From positions 200,756,001 to 200,820,000 of the forward strand of contig OX597814.1 of the NCBI GenBank assembly GCA_951406725.2: a stretch of DNA of 64,000 bases, given 5' to 3'. The notes below the pieces were generated by a model. It was given only the letters and a program-made list of their open reading frames with translations. It was not told where the DNA came from and searched no databases. Position numbers and translations under genes: made by a program. Origin of the DNA: Octopus vulgaris. Its lineage: Eukaryota. Shown here in pieces: positions 1 to 11,910 of this stretch (positions are counted from its first letter, which is position 1; every line of letters begins with the position of its first letter).

Positions 1-149
1 AACCAAACTTCTGACCCAAGAGAATATGCACGTTCACTAGAAAGCAGCTTGATGTGTGATATTAATAAATGTTTAAAACTTAGGTAATGTATTTTAAGAA
101 AAGCATAGAATGTAACAAGCAAATAGCCTGATACGTTTGTTATTTATGA

Positions 150-650
150 AATAATAATAATAATGAAATTATTGTATACTGTGCTCAGGTGCACCACAAC
201 TTGTCAAAAGTGCGTATAAAGCATCTGCAGTAATGTACAAATGTCTGGGAAGTGAACAATGTATGAGTCAGATACATGCTTGCGTGTGTATGGAGAGGAG
301 AAAATCAGGTGTAGTGTTGGCGAATCTCAGGAAGCATGGAAGTTTTGAAGGATGCAGTGCTCCGACAACTAACAACTGATGCCGGCAGTTTGTTCCATGC
401 TTCAGCAACTCTTAGCATGAAAAAATGTTTCTGAAAGTCATGGGAGCTGTGCTGTTTTCTGACTTTGTAAACATGTCCACGTGTGTTAGACAGGTGGAGT
501 TTGAAAAGGTGCTCAGATTTATTGTTTGTAAGATGGTTAATAATTTTATGGGTGTCTGCCAAGTCGGAGTTTCAATGTGTCCATACCCAGGGAAGTAAAG
601 CATTCAGAATATGGCAAATGCCTGATGGAGGGTATTCTCTTGGTTGCACA
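150..650 (-). mobile_element. CR1/L2-type LINE 3' fragment (ORF2 C-terminus, 3' UTR, (TTA)n tail)
   Basis: ORF 305..562(-) reads TRGHVYKVRKQHS...HFFMLRVAEAWNKLPASVV...SFK, matching the CR1-clade ORF2 C-terminal pattern TRGH..K....FF..RV...WN.LP..VV. A short TAA repeat lies at about 150-165. Confidence 0.8.
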
Positions 651-694
651 TTGCTGACACAAATATGACAATCTTATTTGTTGAAACTCTTTTC

Positions 695-895
695 TATTAT
701 AGGCACAAGGCCTGAAATTTGGGATGGGTTGGTGTAGTTGATAGCATCAACTCCAGTTCTCAACTGGAAGGTATTTCATTAACCCTGAAAGGCAAAGTCA
801 ACCACAGCAGAATTTGAACTCAGGAAGTAAAAACAGATGAAATGCTCCGAGGCATTTTGTCTGGCATACTAACGATTCTGCCAGCAAGCTACCTT
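695..895 (-). mobile_element. Degenerate tRNA-derived SINE with Meta-like central domain (family B)
   Basis: Reverse complement carries the B-box-like GAGTTCAAATTC and a degenerate GCCTTTCA...GGG.T.AA...TACC core, shared with copies at 21626, 30145, 56585 and 63175. Confidence 0.6.
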
Positions 896-1834
896 ATTTG
901 TTAAAATGAATCACCAAAATTGCTGCTTTACAGATTTTACAGTTTCTATCAAAACCTTTGATGAGAAGTCACTAAGTTAACATCATAGAAGCAATCATCT
1001 TCATTTAATATCCAAGCATCCATGGGTCAGATAGAATTCATTGAGGTACATTTTATATTACCAGATACCCTTCCTGTTGCCAGATACTTCACCTGCTTCC
1101 AGGTGGAGTATTCCCCCTCTCCATTGCCAGATAAGTCTTTTTAAAAGACTAGAAATAGACAACACTGCTTGTAAAATGGTGACACTTGTTTACAAGCATT
1201 TTGTGATGTCAAGACATGGCGGCCAAAAAAGTACATATACATACACAAACATGCACACTTAAACACACACACACGCCCACACACACACGCACACACTCAG
1301 ATACACACACACTCAGGCTTACATGTGTACATATACAACAGTTTTCTTCCAGTTTCTGTCAAGTAAATTCACTCACAAGTCTTTGATTAGCCTGATGTTA
1401 GAAAAGAAGAAAGATGCCTGTCCAAGACTCAGGTGCCAAGCAATAGGATTGAAACAATTTAGTTAGGAAGCAAACTTCTTTATCACATCTAAATACTTGT
1501 TAGAAATCTACAATGTGGCAAAGTAAAATACATGATTACCAATATTTAGATGTCCCCTTACATTTTGAAATAAACAGAAGCATGTCTTGGGATACAGCTG
1601 GAACTTGAGTAAGCATATTACCAAGGTGATTAGATCTGCTATATGATGAGAAAGACTGTCTTGTTTATCCTATCAAAAAAAAAAAAGAAAAAGAAAGCGG
1701 TCATGGTTGGAAGGCTTTGAACATAAGTCTGTAGCACCACCATGAGTTTCTTAATTGTCAGTAGTGTACTGCATAATCTATCTAACCTACCTACGTTTAT
1801 GTACCTTTAAGTTAATGAATTTATCTCTTCATAT

Positions 1835-1995
1835 AGGTGCAAATGTGGCTGTGTGGTAAGATGTCTGCTTCCCAACCACATGGTCCCAAGTTCAGTTCCA
1901 CTACATGGCACCTTGGGCAAGTGTTTACTACTATAGCCTCGAACCAACCAAAGCCTTGTGAGTAGATTTGCTAGATGGAAACTGAAAGAAGTCTA
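1835..1995 (+). mobile_element. tRNA-derived CORE-like SINE, 5' half (family A)
   Basis: TGGCTGTGTGGTAAG A-box, GTTCAGTTCC B-box and CCTTGGGCAAGTG core. Matches the full-length copy at 11492. Confidence 0.8.
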
Positions 1996-2355
1996 TACCA
2001 GCATCGCCTTACTGGCACTTGACTTGTGCCGGTGACGCATGAAAAACATTCGAGCAAGGTCATTGCCAGTGCCGCTGAGCTGGCTCCTGTGCAGGTGGCA
2101 CATAAAAAACACCACTTGAGCATGGCCGTTGCCAGTACCGCCTGACTGGCACTCGTGCCAGTGGCACGTAAAAGCACCCACTACACTCTCGGAGTGGTTG
2201 GCGTTTGGAAGGGCATCCAGCTGTAGAAAGTCTGCCAGATCAGATTGGAGCCTGGTGCAGCCATCTGGTTTGCCAGCCCTCAGTCAAAATCGTCTAACCC
2301 ATGCTAGCATGGAAAGAGGACGTTAAGCGACGATGATGATAATGATGATGATGAT
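1995..2355 (+). mobile_element. RTE LINE 3' UTR-derived repeat with (GAT)n tail (family E)
   Basis: GTGGCACGTAAAAGCACCCACTACACTC...GAAGGGCATCCAGC...AACCCATGCTAGCATGGAAA...(GAT)n. The same tail follows the RTE ORF2 end at 15943-16996. Confidence 0.8.
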
Positions 2356-3559
2356 ATATATAAAACGAAGAAGTAAATGGTATAGTTATCCACTTTATAC
2401 AGCAACTTATTAGCGCTCTAATGGAGCTTCAGTTATTCAGAATTCCTCTTAAATCATTTTATACTAATTTTCTTATCTACCCTCTTCATTGATTCTAAAA
2501 TATGGACATTCAACCTCACAAGTACATATATATACACACTCATACAGATGTAGCTAACACTACAATTTAAAATATTAGCATTGCATTATTAAACTATTTA
2601 ATATTTTCCACTATTAAAAAATTGTCCCTCGTTCAGTCTGGATTAGATAGAAAGAGAAAACCATCTATCCTAGAAATATTCTTTGCTTAAATTCATTTCA
2701 ATAATTCTTCCTCATCATTACCAGAAGTCATCTGCAATTGGAAGGTGATCGTTTTCTTAAAATAGATTATCATAAAATGAAATATATATAATTTCTCAAT
2801 AAAATTATTGATAGCTTTTGTGACAAAAATTTCCAGAAGTTTATATGGAGTGGAATATTTAAAACTGATATTAAGTTGCAGCATGCATGTTAAATAACGT
2901 TAACATGAGAAAAAAAATTTTTTTTTTTCTAACTCATATCAGTACCTGCCTTTTAAAGGATAGCTATTATAATTTTCAAACAAAAATTCAAAATAAAGTT
3001 ATCATCAGAGAATTTAAATTCAATGGCTCTTTGACACCTTTTAAAATTATTCTTCTTAGTTTTTTTCTTCTTATTTTTTTTTCCATCTCTTAAGCTAATA
3101 TCTGCTCACCTCTTTTTACTCCAGTTAAGCTTTAATCTTAGCACAAAGCAACTAACCAAAAATTTGCAATTTCTAAAGCTTCAGTGGTGATATTGCCGGG
3201 ATACAGATCTGTGATTGCACATAGTTATTCAACCAACACGCTGCATGCAATATGTCTACTTGATCATAGCACACAACGATATACACAACAACAACAACAA
3301 CAAGAACAACACCAACACTTCAGAAATTCCTTTCATAATATAGTGTTACATTATGATAAAAATTTCCCGAGCATCATACAGAATGAGAGAGCCTTTACGT
3401 GGTCACTTGGCCTGCTTAAAACAACAGCTAAATACTCCTAAAATTACTTCTAACTGTAATGAAGAAAAAGAAAGTCTCACTGGGTCATGCACTCCTAGAT
3501 ACCTCTAAAAAGATGGGATGGTCCATTGCTTCTCAAACATAAATTTTGGGGTTCAATCC

Positions 3560-3990
3560 TACTACTTACTTGTACTTGTACTTGTGACGGCGTTCGCCCA
3601 GGGTGGGTTGAGCCAGCTTTTTCTCTGGTCCTGATGGCATCACGAACCATGGCGGCCCACGCTCGACAGTCTTGTGCGAGGTCACTGGAGATAGCGAGCC
3701 ATTCGCAGTTCCATCTGCGCAGACTGAGAGTTCAGAGAGGTCCTCCTTTATCGTCATTCCCCAGGTCTTTAGCTGCCCGCCTGTGTGCTTGCGGCAGTTG
3801 GAAAGTGGAGGTGGGAGAAGGACATCACGAATCAGCTCACCCTCTGGACGCCGGGCCACATGACCAAACCACCTTAAGCGCTGTTGTAGAAGCACTGAAG
3901 GGAGGGGCCGGAGATTCAGGCGATGACGAAGACCGGCTGTAGGAACCCGATCAATGATGTCGGCAGCGAAGAATACGGTGGAGACAGTCA
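3560..3990 (-). mobile_element. RTE-clade LINE 3' fragment with (TACAAG)n tail
   Basis: ORF 3566..3895(-) reads QQRLRWFGHVARRPEGELIRDVL...GGQLKTW, the typical RTE C-terminus RLRW.GHV.R. Short tandem tail at 3560-3590. Confidence 0.85.
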
Positions 3991-4552
3991 GTCAGTCAAA
4001 TCCTACTGCATGTCACTTTGATCGAATGTTTTTAACCATAGCCTCAGGCTAATCAAAGCCCTGTGAGTGGATTTGGCTGACGGAAACTGAAAAACTGTTG
4101 AAGCAGGAAGACACGGGATGAGGCGATGAAATATGATCTTTGGATGTTGGGCTTCATGGAGGTGATGAGGTGACTGAGAGTTTTGGCAGTTTGCCATGGT
4201 TGAGGAGACATGTCAAGCTAAGTGAAATCATAGCCATGACCAGTGCCAATGACACATAAAAGGCACCAATGCTGGTGACACGTAAAAGACATCCAGTACA
4301 CTCTGTGGAGTGGTTGGCATTAGGAAGGGCATTCAGTCATAGAAACCAAGCCAAAACAGACTGGAGCCTTGTGCAACTCCGTGGCTTACCAGCTCCAGTC
4401 AAACTATCTTACTCATGCTAGCATGGAAAATGGACATAACTGATGATGATGATGATATACACATGTGTATGTATGTATGTATGTATATATGTATGTATGC
4501 ACGCATGCATGTATGAATGGATGTATACATGCATGTATATATGTATGTATGT

Positions 4553-5050
4553 CTCTTCTATTTTCAAATTATTTTAAATCTTCCACTGAGGAGGGAGCTG
4601 GTTTCCAACTAAGATACAAGGCATCATCTTTGGAATGTAGTTAACACAGACAAATTCACATTTGGAACTTGAGAAAAGTCTTGCATATTTTTACTGTTCC
4701 ACTCACAGATTGAATTTGTAATGTATGGATCAGCCGGTTGATTTCTCTTTCTGAAAATCCCAGTTTATCCAGATTCTCCTTTAAGCATTTACTAACAAAA
4801 CCTAGTGCTCCACTTATTATTGGTATGAATATGAACTCATAGCAATATCTCATAGTCTAGATATAAAAGCTGGATGTTTCGAAGCAGTTGTCCATAGACA
4901 TCCTCTTTTTCTTTGATTTTCAAAGAGATATCCGCAAGGCAGCTAACCTCTATGCGCCTCTGTTCCAAGTAGCAATATCCGGCCTTTTATGCTTACATTT
5001 GACAGACGTTTTGATGGGAATATTCCACCAGTATTCTTTGAGTTGGTGTT
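4553..5050 (-). mobile_element. Restriction-like-endonuclease (RLE) non-LTR retrotransposon 3' fragment, embedded in (TATG)n
   Basis: Minus-strand translation gives EYWWNIPIKTSVKCKHKRPDIATW (RPD of the PD-D/ExK motif) and FIPIISGALG...LQIQSVSGTVKICKTFL*. Flanked on both sides by TATG/CATA repeats. Confidence 0.8.
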
Positions 5051-5083
5051 TATGGATGTATGTATGTATATATGTATGCATGC

Positions 5084-5114
<31 letters not shown>

Positions 5115-5161
5115 CTAGCAGTATCGCCCGGCGTTGCTCAGGTTTGAAACTGCCGTTTATA

Positions 5162-5194
<33 letters not shown>

Positions 5195-6200
5195 GCATGT
5201 ATGCATGTATGTATGCTTGTATGTTTGTGTTATTGTCTCTTTCGAAATCAGGTGATAGTTGTGAGTGTCACCTTTTTGCATATGGCATCTTTCATTTCCA
5301 GTCTTCTGTAAAAATGTATTCTGACCATGAGAAAATATCACTTTGTTTGGAAACGGGTTCGGGGTTGGCAAAAGTAAGGGATTTAACTGCAGAAGGTGTG
5401 CCTTGACAAATTCCATCCGACCCATGAAAGCATGGAAAAGTTGATGTTAAAAAGGACAATGATTATGTTTCTTTATTACCCACAAGGGGGCTAAACATAG
5501 AGGGGACAAACAAGGACAGACAAAAGGGTTAAGTCGATTACATTGACCCCAGTGCGTAACTGGTACTTAATTTATCGACCCCGAAAGGATGAAAGGCAAA
5601 GTCGACCTTGGCGGAATTTGAACTCAGAACGTAGTGATGGGCGAAATACCGCGATAGTGGTACAGGTGGCAGTAATGATGGTAGCAGTGACAGCAGTGAT
5701 GGTGGTAGCAGCAGAAGTAGTGGTGGTGGCAGTACTGGTGATGGCGGTAATCATCATGATCATCACAATTATGATGACTCATCTTTACCATTGTTTTTAA
5801 CATCCACTTTTCTATGCTTGCATGGATCACACTGTATTTATTGAGGAACATTTTCTATGGCCAGATGCTCTTCCTGCCAGTAACCCTCACCTGTTTCCAA
5901 ACAAGGTAATATTTTTCCTCATAGCCAGACATGTTTCCACACAAATTGGTTTCAAATTTTGGCACAAGGCCAGCAAGTTCAAGATCAATCCCCAATTGTC
6001 AACTGGTATTTATTTTATTGATCCTGATAAAAAATAAAGGCAAATTCGACCTCAACACAATTTGAACTTAGAATGTAAAGAGGGACAAAATTCCACTTGT
6101 GCATTTAATCCAGTGTTGCTGACTATTCTGACAACTCTCCACTTTAATATTAATTTTATTATCCCCTAAAGTTTGAAATAGAAAAAAATGTAATACCTCA

Positions 6201-6395
6201 AAGTTTGAAATTGGAAGAATTTGGAGCATGCGAACAGTAAAGGTCGTGACTATAATGATTGATGTGTTGGGAACAGTAAGCCAAAATATAGACAAACGGT
6301 TGAAGGAGATTGAAATAGAATGCCCTGTAGAGCTCCTACAGAAAATCTGTCTATTAGGGACAGCAAGGATTACCAAGAGAGTTCTAAGCACTTGA
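6201..6395 (+). pseudogene. R4/Dong-like RLE LINE ORF C-terminus
   Basis: Translates to KFEIGRIWSMRTVKVVTIMIDVLGTV...VELLQKICLLGTARITKRVLST*, with the conserved LQK..LLGT..I...L end. Confidence 0.75.
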
Positions 6396-6614
6396 AAGAC
6401 TGCTGGAAAAAAAGCAAATAAATAGAATAGAATAAAATGAACGTGAATAAATAGGGGATACTGATAATGCAGGTACCATACACATTCCTACACACACCAA
6501 ATATTGACATACACAGGGATATACGTATGTGCAAATAAAGACACATACAGCAGGAACACAAAATGGCAGCTCATTAGGACAGAGAGACACAAAAAAGAAA
6601 GAAAAAGCAAAAGA

Positions 6615-6654
6615 CCACTGATGAGGTCACAGTAGTGTGACGAAAGAACTCTAA
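6615..6654 (+). ncRNA. Minimal type-I hammerhead ribozyme motif (C3:G8, extra G, helix I decayed)
   Basis: CTGATGA(6618-6624)-G-GTCACA-GTAG-TGTGAC-GAAA-GAAC-TC. Helix II is a perfect 6 bp. Helix I is only partly paired (CCA/TAA). Confidence 0.7.
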
Positions 6655-7044
6655 AATATAATTAATATGAAATAAAGCTGAACCAAGTGAGCACCGAATA
6701 AATAGTGTGTGTGTTTTCATTGGCTAAACTGGCAACATGACCATCCCCAAATAGCAATATCTGTCTCAACACATGAGTTCACATCAAGAATCTTGCAAAA
6801 TGATTACATAAACATATATATATGATGTTATATATATATATATCTCATCATCATCATTATCGTTTTATGTCCGCTTTCCATGCTGGCATGGGTTGGACTG
6901 TTTGACAGAGGACTGGTGAGCCAGACTCTGCACCAGGCTCCAATCTGATCTGCCAGAGTTTCTGCAGCTGGATGCCCTTCCTAACACCAACCACTCCGAG
7001 AGTGTAGTGGGTGCTTTTATGTGCCACTGGCATGAGGACCAATT

Positions 7045-7305
7045 AGACAGTTACAATCAATGAAACATACAAGTGGCTGGGCATTCCACAGACACATGTA
7101 CCCTTAATGTAGTTCTCAGGGAGATTCAGCATGACACAGAGTGTGTCAAGGCTAGCCCCTTTGAAATACAAGTACAACTCATTTTTGCCAGCTGAGTTAG
7201 ACTGGAGCAATGTGAAATAAAGTGTCTTGCTCAAGGACACAGCACGTCGCCAGGGATTGAACTCACGATTATGAGACAAATGCCCAAACCACTAAGCCAT
7301 GTGCC

Positions 7306-7308
<3 letters not shown>
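7045..7308 (-). mobile_element. tRNA-derived SINE (family D)
   Basis: Reverse complement of the 10697-11020 copy (GAAGGCACATGGCTTAGTGG...GTGTCCTTGAGCAAGACACTT). Confidence 0.75.
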
Positions 7309-7353
<45 letters not shown>

Positions 7354-8390
7354 TGAGTGTGTGAGAGACAAAGAAAGAAAGAAAAAGGGAAAGAAAAACA
7401 ACAAAAGAAAAAGGAGAAAAAGCAAGTGATTGAAAGAAAAATAAATGTAGATATCCTGTTATGTATGGTGAGAGAACCACACATATGAACTTATATCATT
7501 TCTAAACTTGGCAAAGTATAAAACATCTACTTTTATATTGATTAGTAAAGTAGAAATTATTCTAGAAACAGAATTGTGTAGAAGCAATATTTCTCATCCA
7601 CTTTATAAGGTCAGCATCTGAGGTTAAAATACTTTGATTTGCTTTTTGCTTTGGTTAACTTTTGAAGGTAGAAATATATTTTATCTCTACCTGATAACAC
7701 TTAACATATTACACTAAAACAGGTTTTCCTATATTATTGTATTCTTTAAATTGTCTAGTAATATGATTTCCTCTTGCACTTAGTGTCTTATCATCATTGT
7801 TGTCATCATCATCACCACCACCATCATCATAATCATCATCATTTTACATTTGCTTCTCATGCCAGCATGGGTTGAATGGATCATCAATTTTTTAAATGAA
7901 AGTCACTGCTCCCAAAGACTGGTGCCCATAGTTGTTATTTGGCTTCATTTTTACAGTCGGATGCCTTTCTTATTCCCAACCATTTTACAGAGTGCACTGG
8001 GTGCATTTTTCTATGGGACCCACACCAGAGAGGTTGAATAGTCCTTGGTGAGAGACATATATAATGGGACATCACAGTTCCATGCTTTCTTTGCTCATTT
8101 GCCAACCACTTGCTGGCACCAGCACTAGACAGGTTCTCTTGTCCACCAATCACTCAAGTGCAGTGGTTCTTAGCTGGCGTCCCTATGACCCATAGGGGCC
8201 CATATAAAAATTTGGTGGGGTTCCATGCAAGCAAAATTATAAATTAGGGCTCCACATTATTTTTAGGCATCAAGATGTATTTATTGCATGAAACAACCAG
8301 GCTCCTTTCTCTAACACTTTACACTGTTCAACAAAATTTCTGGCCACTGAAACATGTTCTCCCAGAAAGTGTTATTTCACAGAACTCTGA

Positions 8391-8975
8391 ATGGAAACAG
8401 TGAATAATATAACCCAAACCCTCTGTTCTCACTATGCCAAACCTATGGCCTCCAAATACCTGATCCACCAGAACTCAGCTATTGCGGACAATGCCAAATT
8501 CAATATATTGATGGCAGACCTCATCAGAGTAATGAGAAATGTGTCCCACATGTGCAACCCTACAGAGTTAAAGAGACACATAGAACACTTCATCCACCAC
8601 ATGCAGTTGTCCGGATACAGCCATAGGGAAAGGATCAGAGTATATAAAGGAGCCATGACGGAATTTGAAACTATCATATATAAGGATAGGAGTGGGATTT
8701 GTCCACTCTGGAATACTTTATATATATGGAATACCAGTGAAAGGACTAAGAAGAAAATAGGGAAGGCCAACTCTTGGTATGGTAGCCACAAATACCAGAG
8801 TATCATGTTTGTCAACACCACCACTAGAGGCAAACTGGTGTGCTGCTTTAGAAGGGCTCCAGACAAGCTTAAGCTGAAAAGTAAGGTTGTAGAAAGGCCA
8901 GGTAACCCTATAAAATCCCTAATCAGTAGAACCTACCCGTTTAATAGAACCCCCTGTACTGATAGGAACTGGTGA
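8391..8975 (+). pseudogene. Penelope-like element ORF fragment (RT thumb/C-terminal region and linker)
   Basis: 194-aa ORF with YAKPMASKYLIHQNSA...KFNIL..DLIRVMRNVS...MQLSGYS...KVVERPG..IKSLI...YPF...C. This matches the PLE pattern Y.KP.....H..S....K..I....R..RN.S....SGY followed by a Cys linker. Confidence 0.75.
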
Positions 8976-9516
8976 AAGGGAGAAAGGGAGCTATTCTCAA
9001 ACTAGAGGTCTAGCTTTAATGCTAGTAATAGAATGAACTCTACTTGAGGAAGTTGAAGTACCAAATCATGCTAAACCATATGTAGGCATTCAGGCTTTGA
9101 CCAGATTTGAACTTAGGTAGCAAAGAGCTGGAACAAATGCTATAGCAAAAGCATCCAGTCTGATTTTCTTGCAGTTCTGCTAATCCACCACCCCAGGTTG
9201 GTACTTTGTAGTTTTTGATGGGGTAATCAACTGCAAAGGTATGGATGAAGAGCAAAGTTGACCTTGGCAGGATTTGAACTCGAAGTGAATAGAGCCTGAA
9301 CAAATAATATGGCATTTTATCCAATGGTCTAACAACACTGTCAGTCAGTTCCAAATTCACTACTTTTTCAACTTTTTACGGAGATGTACTCGCATAGCAA
9401 GTGATTTGATCTGAGATCGTGTGCTGGAACGGAAACAATTGCAGCGTGGAAGGTGTTTGTAAGCCATTTAAGAAACACACAAAAGCCGTTCGATTCACTT
9501 CAACATTTAAGTTTAA

Positions 9517-9566
9517 TTTGTCAAAATATTTTCGTCGCTAAAATCCGCGACCTGTTCACTGACAAA
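9517..9566 (-). ncRNA. Minimal type-I hammerhead ribozyme, G3:C8 core variant, within a ~210-bp element (9365-9577)
   Basis: Minus strand: TTTGTCA-GTGAACA-G-GTCGC-GGATTTTA-GCGAC-GAA-A-ATAT-T-T-TGACAAA. Perfect 7-bp helix I, 5-bp helix II, palindromic helix III. Confidence 0.8.
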
Positions 9567-10696
9567 AATCCGTGAGCAAACAAAAACTGAAGAACTTTTC
9601 CCAAAGAAAAATTAAGTTCACCTCTTTAGAATTTTAAAGAAAAAGAGTCTCAAAGAGTATTATTGATTAGCCAAAATGTGTCAGGAAGCTAAAAGGTTGG
9701 AAACCCCTGCTATATAAGAATCCTCACTTTTGGCAATAAAGTTATTGCCAAAATTTGCATTGATTTCTAACATTGGCACCATATAGAGTAATATCTAACA
9801 ACACAATCCAAACTCCAGATATTTTTTTTCCATGTTCTTCTGTGATTTTTATACACGCAGCTCTATTTATGTAATATGTATATATGCGGAGAATATACTT
9901 ACGTATAACTTTCCATTTAGTCATGACTAAAAAAAGCTCTTTTCAACTTCTCTTTCTATAATTTTTTTTATTTTTTATTTTTTTCTGAAATAAATCTTGA
10001 TTAGAAAAAAAAAAAACTTGTTATATTTGAAAAATAAATTCTTTTATTCCACATCCATTAAGCAAGGGAAATATGTAAAGCCGAAAAAAAAAAAAAAGAA
10101 GAGAAAAGTACCATTACATGAAATCTTGCCTAAAGCTTTGTGCAGATGTGTTACTTTCATGCTAAAGACATTTAAAACAAGAATAAAATAGAATATTTTT
10201 TTGTTAAATAAGTAAATATTTTACCATATTTTCCAAGTATATATACTACAACAAAAGAAAGACTTTGCTATTATTTGAATAATTAGCTACTACTACTACC
10301 ACCCCTACTACTATTACTACTACTATGATTTTTATCATGATTATTATTATTATTATTATTATTATTATTGTTGTTGTTGTTGTTGGCAATGGTTATTTTT
10401 ACTATAAGACTGTTTAATCTTTGCAACTTTAAAATCTGAAATAATTTCAGGCATAACGTGATCATTTTACTCTATTATTTTCAATTCAATGAAAATTTTC
10501 TCTTCATTCAAATTTCAAAAATAAGAAATAGCAGGTGCAAATCAAAATTGCACGCCACTTCATATATATCAGATATATTTCATTGAAGCTGTTTTATGGA
10601 AATCAGTACTAAGGAATTACACCTATATCATTATTCCTCTTGGAAAGTTATGTTTAATAAATAGGATTTACTATTTATTATTATGTGATAAGTGTG

Positions 10697-11020
10697 TGAA
10701 GGCACATGGCTTAGTGGTTAGGGCATTCGGCTCATGATTGTAAGGTCGTGAGTTCAATTCCCGGCGACACATTGTGTCCTTGAGCAAGACACTTTATTTC
10801 ACGTTGCTCCAGTCCACTCAGCTGGCAAAAATGAATTGTACCTGTATTTCAAAGGGCCGGCCTTGTCACACTCTGTTTCATGCTGAATCTCCCTGAGAAC
10901 TATGTTAGAGGTACACGTGTTTGTGGATTGCTCAGTCAGTTGCATGTTAATTTCATGAGCACGCTCTTCCATTGATCATATCAGCTGGGACCCTCGTCAT
11001 TGTAACCAATAGAGTGCTCC
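10697..11020 (+). mobile_element. Full-length tRNA-derived SINE (family D)
   Basis: TGGCTTAGTGGTTAG A-box, GAGTTCAATTCC B-box and GTGTCCTTGAGCAAGACACTT core. Partial copies at 7045, 23020 and 47860. Confidence 0.8.
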
Positions 11021-11491
11021 TTTTTTTGATAGGTGTAAGCACAGTTGTGTGCTTAAGAGGTTTATTTCCCACCCATGTGATCTTGGGCAAGTGACTTCTA
11101 CTATAGCCCAAGGACGACCAAAGCCTTGTGGGTGGATTTGTTGGGTCTAATACTAATGTTAATTAGTATTAGGCACAGTAATGAGAAGAAACAGGAATAA
11201 CATTAAGTGACTAATTCTGGTCTAGAAAAGTAAGGGAGGCAACCTAGGAATTTAAACTGATAAGGAATAGAGTTCTGTGAAGCATGAGTCTAATCTTTGG
11301 TAAGTCAGTGACAACTCATGTTTCATGCTTATGAAGCATCATAAGTGAAGGCACAGGAAAAATAGAAGTTGAAACTGCACTGAGAATAATTAAAATATTT
11401 CAACATTCACCTTGAATGGAACACTGGTTTGTTGTAGAGACCAATGTCTGCAATTTTGAGGCGAAGAGGAAAGTTGATTACATTGACTCCT

Positions 11492-11661
11492 AGGCGCAGG
11501 AGTGGCTGTGTGGTAAGTAGCTTGCTAACCAACCACATGCTTTCGGGTTCAGTCCCACTGCGTGGCATCTTGGGCAAGTGTCTTCTGCTATAGCCCCGGG
11601 CCGACCAATGCCTTGTGATTGGATTTGGTTGACTGACGGAAACTGAAAGAAGCCTGTCGTA

Positions 11662-11702
<41 letters not shown>

Positions 11703-11910
11703 TTGTGTGTCTGTGTTTGTGCCCCTAGCATTGCTTGACAACCGATGCTGGTGTGTTTATGTCCCCGTCACTTAGCGGTTCGGCAAAAGAGACCGATAGA
11801 ATAAGTACTGGGCTTACAAAGAATAAGTGCCGGGGTCGATTTGCTCGACTAAAGGCGGTGCTCCAGCATGGCCGCAGTCAAATGACTGAAACAAGTAAAA
11901 GAGTAGAAGA
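11492..11910 (+). mobile_element. Full-length tRNA-derived CORE-like SINE (family A)
   Basis: GGCGCAGGAGTGGCTGTGTGGTAAG...GGTTCAGTCCC...TTGGGCAAGTG, an internal (TA)n(TG)n, and the 3' end GACTGAAACAAGTAAAAGAG. Many near-identical copies in the window. Confidence 0.9.

Noticed and set aside
1-83. Possible plus-strand exon end (NQTSDPREYARSLESSLMCDINKCLKL, then AG|GTAATG)
   Set aside because: Open frame and donor are plausible, but it is short, cut by the window edge and has no recognisable homology.
8161-9709. Single hAT MITE from CAGTGGTTCT (8161) to GGTTGGAAACCCCTG (9709) enclosing the PLE fragment
   Set aside because: The ends look TIR-like but the flanking 8-mers do not match as a TSD, so the boundaries are unsupported.
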